A stretch of DNA of 64,000 nt from Candidatus Vogelbacteria bacterium (GTDB lineage: Bacteria; Patescibacteriota; Minisyncoccia; Phycocordibacterales; JACRKE01), in contig JACRKE010000037.1 of assembly GCA_016215335.1 (NCBI GenBank), positions 2,924 to 66,923 on the forward strand, given 5' to 3'. How positions within the stretch are numbered: position 1 is the first letter of the stretch; each line of letters begins with the position of its first letter. The notes beneath the pieces are model-generated. The model was not told the DNA's origin, did not search any database, and saw nothing but the letters and a program-made list of their open reading frames with translations. The position numbers were made by a program, and so were the translations under genes. This document shows positions 1 through 7,668 of this stretch, piece after piece.

Positions 1-2
1 AG

Positions 3-368
3 TGGATTAAATACAATAATCAAAAAACACCCCTTGAGGCCCAAGTGCAACCCCTGCTTTCAGAAGAAAAAGTTACAGAGGATGAAGAGCGCAAAATGGA
101 ACAAGATGAAGCGGTAGCCGAGAGTACTCCCGGAACTCCGATCGCAAAAATTCAGGAACTCGAAGCAAAAAGGTGGGCAACTCAACAAAAGCGTCACGGT
201 ATCGAGGAACAAAAATGGGCTTTTCAAAAGCAGACTGAGTCATTTAGAACTTCAATGGATTCACTAAGTGAAGAGTACAGAAAAATACTTGCCGAAGAAG
301 ACAATGTAAAGAAACAAATCAACGACACCGATTTAGCAATCCGCAATCTGGGAACGGGTCATGTCTAA
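3..368 (+). CDS. Hypothetical coiled-coil protein, probably 5'-truncated by the window edge
   Basis: Frame is open from nt 3 through the GTG at 45 to TAA 368; E/K/Q-rich heptad pattern. Confidence 0.6.
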   Translation, partial: WIKYNNQKTPLEAQVQPLLSEEKVTEDEERKMEQDEAVAESTPGTPIAKIQELEAKRWATQQKRHGIEEQKWAFQKQTESFRTSMDSLSEEYRKILAEEDNVKKQINDTDLAIRNLGTGHV

Positions 369-374
369 ATAATA

Positions 375-1661
375 ATGGCAGAAGAATCACAAACCAAACC
401 CGAAGACAATCTTTTGGCTGAAAGGGCCCTGGCAAGTCACGCTATGGAAGGAGAACTCCACCGACGTACAGTTACGGAAGAAGAGATCGCGAAGGTCATG
501 AATGTGAGAACGGATGGACCGACAAATATTCAAAACTTCACCATGGAACTTGCACGCCAACGTCAGCTTGCCGAAGCTGCCATGGAGGGACCAGAACATA
601 AAAAGGCCCGCGAAGCAAAGGAGCTTGAAAAACGTGCTCGGGAAGAAGCAATCAAACGCGAACAAGAAGAGAAGGAGCGCGCTCTTCGCATGAAACGTGA
701 GGAAGCCTCGGAATTGGAGAGGATTACAAGTGAGGCAAGAGAAAGGCAAAGAAAAGCGCTCGACGAAAAAAAAGCTACCGTAGATCAACTTTTGAAATCT
801 CCCTCAATGTCGATTAGGCCCGTTCGCACCTATAAGGATGATATGAGTGAGGCCATGAAGGGAGGTAATTTTTCACTTGTTGGCATGGCCATAAAGGAAG
901 ATGAAAAACGACGTGAAAAAATCGAAGAAGTAACAGAAGAAAAAAAAGAGTCACATTTGTTTGCCATTTTAAGTACTATATTAATTTTGGGAGCTTTGGG
1001 TATTGGCGGCTATTTGGTTTATACAAAAATACTCAGAGCGCCGAATTCAGTCGACAAAGCAGCGACATCCGGCTATATTGCTCCGGTATTTTCTGAAAAA
1101 GTTAACACGCTTGTGCTCGACAACAAAACGGATACGCAACTTATGGCGGCAATCAAGAGTGACGTAAGAAATATTTCAGCACCCATAGGGACGATGCAAG
1201 CGGAACGCATTGTTAACTCTGAAGTAGACAACATAGATATAACTTTTCAACGTTTCGCTTCGTTTCTAAGGTTACGTGCTCCCGCGAGTTTGGTGAGAAA
1301 TATCGATCCTGAATTTATGATAGGTATTCATTCATCCGCAGAAAGCACGGGATTCGTCTATTTAAAGCCAACAAATTACGAGACTGTGTTCGCGGGAATG
1401 CTCGAGTGGGAACCTTCAATCATGCGAGATCTTTATGGGATGTTGACCGGCAAGACACCAGACGACAGCTTGCTCAAACTAAAATTCACGGATGCAGTAA
1501 TAAAGAATGTCGACGCACGAGTTGCAAAAAATGAAACTGGTCAAACTGTTTTCATGTATTCATTCTTTACTCAAAATACACTTATAATAAGCACGAATGA
1601 AGGCACCTTTACCGAAGTTATAACTCGTTTGACGACTCCAAGACCAAGAATCCAAAGGTAG
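375..1661 (+). CDS. Hypothetical bitopic membrane protein (cytoplasmic coiled coil, one TM, external domain)
   Basis: 428 aa; E/R/K coiled coil, PVRTYKDDM motif, TM LFAILSTILILGALGIGGYLVY. Confidence 0.75.
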   Translation: MAEESQTKPEDNLLAERALASHAMEGELHRRTVTEEEIAKVMNVRTDGPTNIQNFTMELARQRQLAEAAMEGPEHKKAREAKELEKRAREEAIKREQEEKERALRMKREEASELERITSEARERQRKALDEKKATVDQLLKSPSMSIRPVRTYKDDMSEAMKGGNFSLVGMAIKEDEKRREKIEEVTEEKKESHLFAILSTILILGALGIGGYLVYTKILRAPNSVDKAATSGYIAPVFSEKVNTLVLDNKTDTQLMAAIKSDVRNISAPIGTMQAERIVNSEVDNIDITFQRFASFLRLRAPASLVRNIDPEFMIGIHSSAESTGFVYLKPTNYETVFAGMLEWEPSIMRDLYGMLTGKTPDDSLLKLKFTDAVIKNVDARVAKNETGQTVFMYSFFTQNTLIISTNEGTFTEVITRLTTPRPRIQR

Positions 1662-1763
1662 CAAAGATACCGAGCATCATGTCTCTCTGTGGACAGTCAC
1701 TTTTGGCTTTGATAGAATGCACACATTATTAACATTGTTAAATCTTAAACTTTCTTCTATTTA

Positions 1764-2144
1764 ATGACATTGGATATCACAAAGTTTCAGAAGAAACTCG
1801 AGGAAGACAAAAAAAGGCTAGAAACAGAGCTAAGTGGTGTAAGTGTCAGAGTAAACCCAAAAGATCCAGAAAACTGGGAAGCCGCTTACGACACTCCGGA
1901 CGAACTTACCGAAACACACTCGGCAGAAATAGACCCGATGGATGTCGCCGAAACAATTGGAAATTATGAAAAAGGGTTTGCCTTAAATCAACAGTTGGAA
2001 GAACAATTAAACCGTGTAAAGCACGCCCTCGACAAAATTAAGGATGGAACTTACGGCATGTGCGACAAATGTAACTCGATGATTCCCCTGGCTCGACTTG
2101 AAGCAAACCCGGCCGCAGTTACGTGCATGGCACATTCGAGATAG
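1764..2144 (+). CDS. TraR/DksA-family zinc-finger transcription factor
   Basis: Coiled coil then ALDKIKDGTYGMCDKC...IPLARLEANPAAVTCMAH (C-x2-C-x17-C-x2-H). Confidence 0.9.
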   Translation: MTLDITKFQKKLEEDKKRLETELSGVSVRVNPKDPENWEAAYDTPDELTETHSAEIDPMDVAETIGNYEKGFALNQQLEEQLNRVKHALDKIKDGTYGMCDKCNSMIPLARLEANPAAVTCMAHSR

Positions 2145-2203
2145 GGAAAAGTACATAGTATGTAGCGAACCCCTATATACGATATACTATTTACTATATA
2201 CTA
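2142..2203. repeat. Heptamer-periodic two-armed element (TAGTATA / CTATATA type)
   Basis: tagggaa aagtaca tagtatg tagcgaa .. ctatata cgatata ctattta ctatata cta; starts at the dksA-like TAG, ends 5 nt before the comM ATG. Confidence 0.75.
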
Positions 2204-2208
2204 ATTCA

Positions 2209-3912
2209 ATGCTCTCCAAAGTCTACTCTGCACAGGTGCATGGCCTAGATGCCATGATCGTCACCGTGGAAGTAGACATTTCCAAAAGCCTCAAATCTTT
2301 TACGATAGTGGGCCTGGGGGACAAGGCGGTCGGAGAGGCTAAAGACAGAATATCTGCGGCTATTAAAAATTCAGACTTTCCGTCACCGCACAAGGGTAAC
2401 AAGAAAACGGTAGTGGCACTGGCGCCGGCTGACGTTAAAAAGGAGGGGACGGTTTTTGACCTCGCGATAGCGCTCGGACATCTTCTTGCCTCCGGCGAAG
2501 TTATTTTCGACACCGATTCTAAAATTTTCGTCGGCGAGCTTGCGCTTGGTGGGGAAGTGAGACCCGTACGCGGAGCTCTTATGATAGCGCGTCTCGCAAA
2601 ACAGTTGGGTTATAAAGAACTTTACTTGCCGGAAGCAAACGCACTCGAGGCGGCAATAATTGACGGGGTCAAAATTTTCCCATGCGTAAATTTGAAGCAA
2701 GTAGTCGGACATTTGACGGCAAAGAAGACAAACGTCCGAAAACCAGAAGCTAAACAAAGAGCCTTGCTTCCAAATACATCTGCCTGCCCGTCTGGCAGGC
2801 GAGAAAGCAAGACTTCTAAGTCAGTTTTCGGAATTTCGCCTTCTTTCATGAGCAGTGAAATCACCCCCGCACCTCTGACCAAAATTAAATACAGAGAGAA
2901 CAAAGCGGCGCTCGACTTTTCAGACGTACGCGGCCAAGAGTCGGCAAAACGAGGGCTTGAAATCGCGGCGGCAGGAAGACACAACATCGCGATGTACGGA
3001 CCGCCCGGGACCGGTAAAACCATGCTCGCCAAGGCTTTTCTCGGCATTTTACCTTCGCTTTATTTTGATGAAGTTTTGGAAGTTACGGGAATTCATTCTG
3101 TGGCGGGGCACTTGGAGGATGGCCTAATCACCGAACCGCCATTTCGTTCCCCGCACCACAGTTCTTCGCACGTAGCTCTCATCGGAGGTGGAGCAAACCC
3201 AAAGCCGGGAGAAATTACGCTCGCGCATCGGGGTGTACTATTTCTTGACGAGTTTCCGGAGTTTGACAGGAGAGTAATCGAGTCTCTGCGCCAACCCCTC
3301 GAAGACAGAGTGGTGCATGTGTCGCGGGCAAAAGGCTCTGCCAAATTTCCGGCCAATTTTATTCTTATCGCGGCCATGAATCCCTGTCCATGCGGCAACA
3401 AAGGGATGAGCAACAAAATGTGCAACTGCACAATCGGCGCTATCCAGAATTATGAAAAGAAAATGTCGGGCCCCATTATGGACAGAATAGACATTTGGCT
3501 TGAAGTGCCACACATTGATTACGAAAAACTTTCTGATGTAACCCTGAAGGGTGAAATATCTAGTAAGGTACGCGAAAGAGTGAAGGAAGCACGAGATATT
3601 GCGATCGCACGGTTCCAAAAAACCCGCCTGTCGAACGGTGAAGTTGGCCTGCCGAAGGGGCTGGCAAATTTGGAAAAAAGCGCAAACAGCGACATGGGGG
3701 TGAAAGAGCTTGAACAGTTTGCCAAATTATCAGCAGATGTCTGCAAGCTCCTGAATGAATCGGCGAGAAAACTTGATCTGTCCGCCAGGGGATATCACAG
3801 GGTAATTAAATTAGCCAGAACCATCGCCGATCTAGGAAAGAGAGAGGAGATTAGTGGGGGTGACGTATTGGAAGCCCTGCAATTTCGTCCAAGGTCACTT
3901 TCGAATATATGA
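2209..3912 (+). CDS. comM: YifB/ComM Mg-chelatase-like AAA+ ATPase (competence helicase)
   Basis: MLSKVYSA start at 2209, GPPGTGKTMLA, RSPHHSSS, LAHRGVLFLDEFPEF, AAMNPCPCG, LSARGYHRVIKLARTIADL; has a roughly 35-40 aa in-frame insertion. Confidence 0.95.
   Translation: MLSKVYSAQVHGLDAMIVTVEVDISKSLKSFTIVGLGDKAVGEAKDRISAAIKNSDFPSPHKGNKKTVVALAPADVKKEGTVFDLAIALGHLLASGEVIFDTDSKIFVGELALGGEVRPVRGALMIARLAKQLGYKELYLPEANALEAAIIDGVKIFPCVNLKQVVGHLTAKKTNVRKPEAKQRALLPNTSACPSGRRESKTSKSVFGISPSFMSSEITPAPLTKIKYRENKAALDFSDVRGQESAKRGLEIAAAGRHNIAMYGPPGTGKTMLAKAFLGILPSLYFDEVLEVTGIHSVAGHLEDGLITEPPFRSPHHSSSHVALIGGGANPKPGEITLAHRGVLFLDEFPEFDRRVIESLRQPLEDRVVHVSRAKGSAKFPANFILIAAMNPCPCGNKGMSNKMCNCTIGAIQNYEKKMSGPIMDRIDIWLEVPHIDYEKLSDVTLKGEISSKVRERVKEARDIAIARFQKTRLSNGEVGLPKGLANLEKSANSDMGVKELEQFAKLSADVCKLLNESARKLDLSARGYHRVIKLARTIADLGKREEISGGDVLEALQFRPRSLSNI
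2735..2832. repeat. Nested palindromic insertion inside comM (REP doublet plus GCCTGCC/GGCAGGC hairpin)
   Basis: Nested pairings tccgaaaac/gttttcgga, agaag/cttct, cttgct/agcaag, gcctgcc/ggcaggc. Confidence 0.7.
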
Positions 3913-3961
3913 GCGCGAGCAGAATCAGATGTTTGTTTTTGTAGAAGAGATTAAACATTTT

Positions 3962-5239
3962 CTAGAATGGGTTTCTAGCTCCACGAACCTCAAAATGAAG
4001 ATGGGGGCCCGTTGATTTGCCAGTATTACCCAATAAACCGACAGTCTCTCCCTGCGCGACCCTGTCTCCGACTCCAACTGAACTCCTTAACAAATGAGAG
4101 TACAAAGTTTGGGTGCCGTTATCGTGGCTTACCACAACATAGTTGCCATAACCTCCATTCCATCCGCCTTGTCGACTTACAATGACCGTTCCCGCGGCAG
4201 CAGCCTTTATCGGGGCACCAGAACAACGGCACTCCGAAGCCAAGTCAACGCCATTGTATCCGTGCAATCCCTGTGTACGCCTGCCACCAGGCAAAGGATT
4301 CGCATAGTATCCGTTATAAGTAGGGCCGTTTATATCGTGCGCAGGATTATCTTTAACAGAGTCTTTTGAAACCCTATTTTTCGGAGGAGTCAAAACTACA
4401 ATCTCTCCGTCAGGAACCAATATTTCATCTCCTGCGCTAAGTCCATCTTGGATCACTTCTGAATTGAACAGTAAAATTTCGTCCGGATCCGCTTTGTACT
4501 TCGCCGCAATGCCACTAACTGTTTCACCCTTTTTGACAATATGTCTGACTCCGGTAACGGGCAATATGGTAAGAACCTGTCCCTCGGTCAGTTTTGAATT
4601 ACGGGAGAGATTGTTCGCCCAAAGCACTGTGTTTACCGAAACATTAAACGTCTTCGCTATCTCTCTCACACTGTCTCCGGCGCGTACCGTATACAAAGAT
4701 ATTTGGTCCGACCCCGCATAATCTCCTATGACATCAGCGATAGTTCCAAGGGGGCCGTCATCCGGAAGAAGAGAACCGCCGATAACACTTATATCTCCGC
4801 CGCCCATGGCGACAATTGTATTCGGGTTCTTTTCCGGATTAAGCAACGGCAAAGTTTGAGAATTGTTTCTCAAAATGGTTGACGGAGCGGCCTCCGCTTC
4901 ATGAAAAAGTTTAAAAAATGCGCGAGCCGGAATAGTGACCGCGAAAACCAAGACAAGAACGCTAAAAACAAAAAAACGCCTGTTCTCTCGAACCGGTGAG
5001 CAGAGGGAGTATATTTTGGCCTTAAGGGAGCTCGTGACGCTCCGGCTGGCCTTGGAATCTATAGATAAAATAAGCCTAATTATTTGGGTATTTTCTGAAT
5101 TCTTGAGTTTAAGCCTTCTGACTCTGAACCGGCCAAACCCCAAGAAATGCAACTGTACTTCCGTCCCTCTATCATAGCATGAATGGGCATGAATGAGAAC
5201 TCTAAAACACATTATCCTGTGGATAGGGGATTTGGTCAA
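3962..5239 (-). CDS. LysM-LysM-M23 family peptidoglycan endopeptidase (true start probably downstream of 5239)
   Basis: YTVRAGDSVREIAKTF and HIVKKGETVSGIAAKY LysMs; GVDLA, GYGNYVVVSH, YSHL, STGPHLHFEV. Confidence 0.9.
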   Translation of the reverse strand: MTKSPIHRIMCFRVLIHAHSCYDRGTEVQLHFLGFGRFRVRRLKLKNSENTQIIRLILSIDSKASRSVTSSLKAKIYSLCSPVRENRRFFVFSVLVLVFAVTIPARAFFKLFHEAEAAPSTILRNNSQTLPLLNPEKNPNTIVAMGGGDISVIGGSLLPDDGPLGTIADVIGDYAGSDQISLYTVRAGDSVREIAKTFNVSVNTVLWANNLSRNSKLTEGQVLTILPVTGVRHIVKKGETVSGIAAKYKADPDEILLFNSEVIQDGLSAGDEILVPDGEIVVLTPPKNRVSKDSVKDNPAHDINGPTYNGYYANPLPGGRRTQGLHGYNGVDLASECRCSGAPIKAAAAGTVIVSRQGGWNGGYGNYVVVSHDNGTQTLYSHLLRSSVGVGDRVAQGETVGLLGNTGKSTGPHLHFEVRGARNPF

Positions 5240-5307
5240 AATTTGACACTAAAGACATACACATGTTAATATAATAATCGGATTCGCGGCTGGGCAGTCG
5301 CGAAAAT

Positions 5308-5889
5308 TTGTTGAAATGGAGGCGCCGAGTGAACAATAATCGAAGCAAGGACAACGAGCACGCGGAAGTATCGAGAGTCGAGTGCATGACTGACAATGAA
5401 TTTTCAGCATGGGAAAGAGGGGCGAGCACGGAACCCGATCCATTGAGGACGATCCACGAAGCACGCTCGGGACTGCGAGATGTCGCCAGTCAGTCCAGTA
5501 TCAAGTCGGCTGGCAGGAGAATGTTCTCCTGGAGGCTGTCAGGCAACCTCCAGTTGATTCTAGCCGTAGCTTCAATGCTCTGCACTGTCGCCATCTTGCT
5601 CTGCTTGATGAGGATCAGGGCAGAGCGTGAGATTGTGTTTGCTGTCAACGCGACACTGCGGGCCGAGCTCTCTGATACAAGAGAACAACTGGCAAAGATG
5701 GAAATGAGTGTCGGACTGTTCAAGCAGTTGAACGGACTAGAGTTCTTCAGAGCCAAGGAAGGTGCAAGGCTGTCGGCGAGAGCTGCAATCTTGCACAGCA
5801 ATCTCGATACTCTTTTCACGACGCTGTCAGATAAACAGCGTCACAACAACAGCACCGCGAGAAGCACTCCCATTCCAATAGTCAAGTAA
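5308..5889 (+). CDS. Hypothetical protein with TM and coiled coil (start uncertain)
   Basis: 193 aa ORF with hydrophobic LILAVASMLCTVAILLCLM, followed by a strong terminator. Confidence 0.55.
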   Translation: MLKWRRRVNNNRSKDNEHAEVSRVECMTDNEFSAWERGASTEPDPLRTIHEARSGLRDVASQSSIKSAGRRMFSWRLSGNLQLILAVASMLCTVAILLCLMRIRAEREIVFAVNATLRAELSDTREQLAKMEMSVGLFKQLNGLEFFRAKEGARLSARAAILHSNLDTLFTTLSDKQRHNNSTARSTPIPIVK

Positions 5890-5942
5890 CCCGCCGCGAT
5901 GGACGGCCGAAAGGCCCTCCGTCGCAGGCGGGCTTTTCGTTT
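5890..5942 (+). terminator. Rho-independent terminator
   Basis: cccgcc gcgatgga ggcc-gaaa-ggcc tccgtcgc ggcggg followed by T-tract. Confidence 0.75.
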
Positions 5943-5976
5943 GCGATTAACCATTCACAAGACTGTCCTCGATTTA

Positions 5977-6135
5977 GGTATCTGCTCACAACTCCGAATA
6001 AGCGTCTTTGCGAGGTACTCCGAAGCAATCTAGGTTTATCGGAGCAATACACTGGATTGCTTCGGAGTACCTCGCAAAGACAGAGCGAGATATACAGTGT
6101 ATGTTAGCCAGCACTCGTTTTTGTGAGCAGATACC
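5977..6135. mobile_element. MITE-like element with 15-bp TIRs, 6-bp flanking direct repeat and a nested 27-bp palindrome
   Basis: GGTATCTGCTCACAA (5977-5991) / TTGTGAGCAGATACC (6121-6135); GATTTA on both sides; inner IR 6004-6030 / 6055-6081. Confidence 0.75.
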
Positions 6136-6179
6136 GATTTAGGAATTGCCAGCAACAATAATCGTGCTACGATTATTGC

Positions 6180-6977
6180 ATGAAAGCACAAACTTTTTGG
6201 GAACGTTTCAGAGATCTGAATCCTTGGCACGGGATGCTCATCTCTCTCATTATCATGGTGCTTTATGGAATATGGGCGCTTGGCGATGTGCGCGGGTCTC
6301 TCACGGTACTTTTAATGGTTGTACCAGTTGGCTTAGCCCTTGACTACATCTTGCATTATTTGCAAAACACAACGCTAAAAGGCAAATTTCCGGAGTCAGG
6401 CCTCATAACTTCGCTTATAGTAACAGTGCTAATGCCTCTTCAAGTGGCACCTCCGATCGCAATCGGCTCTATCATACTTGCCATACTTTCAAAGCATTTC
6501 GTTCGCTACGGAGGAGAGCACGTCTTCAATCCGGCTTCGTTCGGGGTGGTGGTCGTATCTCTTTTCACTCCATTTCCTCTGGCGTGGTGGCCGGACGGGT
6601 ACATATGGCTTGCAATATTACTTGGAGTTGTGAACCTGTGGCGCACCCGTAAATATTTCCAAGCTATCACTTTTCTTGCAGTTTACCTTGTATTTCTATT
6701 CACCATAGTAAACGATTCGAAAATCGCCCTACTATCTCTGCCGTTCTTCTTCGCCTGTTTTATGTTGCCGGAGCCGGTAACTTCCGAGGGAGGAATCAAG
6801 GGGCAGATATTTTTCGGTCTTTCAGCCTCCGTGGGAGCGATAATCGCAACATACATTCCGGCGATTTCGATGGCATCACTGCCGGCAGGATTGATGCTTG
6901 CAAACCTTACTCGTTATTTATGGAAAGACAACTCGCCAAAGTATTCTTTAACTCCCGGATTTGTTCCGCAAAAATAG
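6180..6977 (+). CDS. RnfD/NqrB-like polytopic membrane protein
   Basis: SGLITSLIV, LAILSKHFVRYGGEHVFNPASFG, FFACFMLPEPVTS motifs; multiple TMs. Confidence 0.8.
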   Translation: MKAQTFWERFRDLNPWHGMLISLIIMVLYGIWALGDVRGSLTVLLMVVPVGLALDYILHYLQNTTLKGKFPESGLITSLIVTVLMPLQVAPPIAIGSIILAILSKHFVRYGGEHVFNPASFGVVVVSLFTPFPLAWWPDGYIWLAILLGVVNLWRTRKYFQAITFLAVYLVFLFTIVNDSKIALLSLPFFFACFMLPEPVTSEGGIKGQIFFGLSASVGAIIATYIPAISMASLPAGLMLANLTRYLWKDNSPKYSLTPGFVPQK

Positions 6978-6985
6978 TACGCGCA

Positions 6986-7019
6986 AACTAAAACAGGCCC
7001 AGTTGGGCCTGTTTTAGTT
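6986..7019. terminator. Bidirectional terminator between convergent genes
   Basis: aactaaaacaggccc-agtt-gggcctgttttagtt perfect IR. Confidence 0.85.
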
Positions 7020-7032
7020 CGCGGAATTAACG

Positions 7033-7566
7033 TTACTTAACTGTAACCGATCCGGCCGCTCCCGGGTTTAAATGATTGTGGAAACCGTAAGTACCGGCGA
7101 CCTTAAATGTATAGCTCCAACTTGCACCGGGCTGCAGCATACCGGAATCCATATCCGGATGTTCGGAGTGAACCGGGTGCGGGTTTGAAGAAACACGAAT
7201 TGCGGCATCAGAATTGTTCTTAAACGTTAATGAATCACCGACCTTCAAGGCAAGTGACGTTACATCAAATGCGCCTGAAGAATAACTCGCGTTTATATTT
7301 TTAGCCACTTCTGCTATTACTTGAGTGTTGACTTTGACGGTTGCCGGTGCGGCATCTTCAGCCGTGGCACTTGATGTTTCGGACGGCGCACTTGACTCAC
7401 CCGAAGCTGAACCACCTCCGAGAGCGGCGTCCGAATCCTTGGTTTCTGTTGTTGGAGAAATCGGCGCCGGCTCGGGGTTTTGAGTACTATCCCCTTGATT
7501 CTTATACCAAAAACCGAGGGCTGCCAATATTACTATGACGACGACTACGATACCTGCTGTTTTCAT
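7033..7566 (-). CDS. Membrane-anchored cupredoxin (plastocyanin/azurin-like fold)
   Basis: N-terminal TM, S/A/E/T linker, LKVGDSLTFKN..DSGMLQPGASWSYTFKVAGTYGFHNHL. Confidence 0.8.
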   Translation of the reverse strand: MKTAGIVVVVIVILAALGFWYKNQGDSTQNPEPAPISPTTETKDSDAALGGGSASGESSAPSETSSATAEDAAPATVKVNTQVIAEVAKNINASYSSGAFDVTSLALKVGDSLTFKNNSDAAIRVSSNPHPVHSEHPDMDSGMLQPGASWSYTFKVAGTYGFHNHLNPGAAGSVTVK

Positions 7567-7668
7567 ACTTATTATAATTTATTGTTAATGGTTCATTTTC
7601 CAATATGACAAAGATACCATAATAAAAGAGTGAATCAAGGATTCGGAACATCCCATTTCAAGGCGACT

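Noticed and set aside
2098-2208. N-terminal extensions of comM, pilB (49981-50046), 32111 and tsaE in the ORF track
   Set aside because: They translate repeat or terminator DNA; downstream ATGs match family N-termini and -10 spacing
2735-2832. Intein or intron in comM
   Set aside because: Too short, no C/S...HN splice motifs, no group I/II features; explained by palindromic repeats
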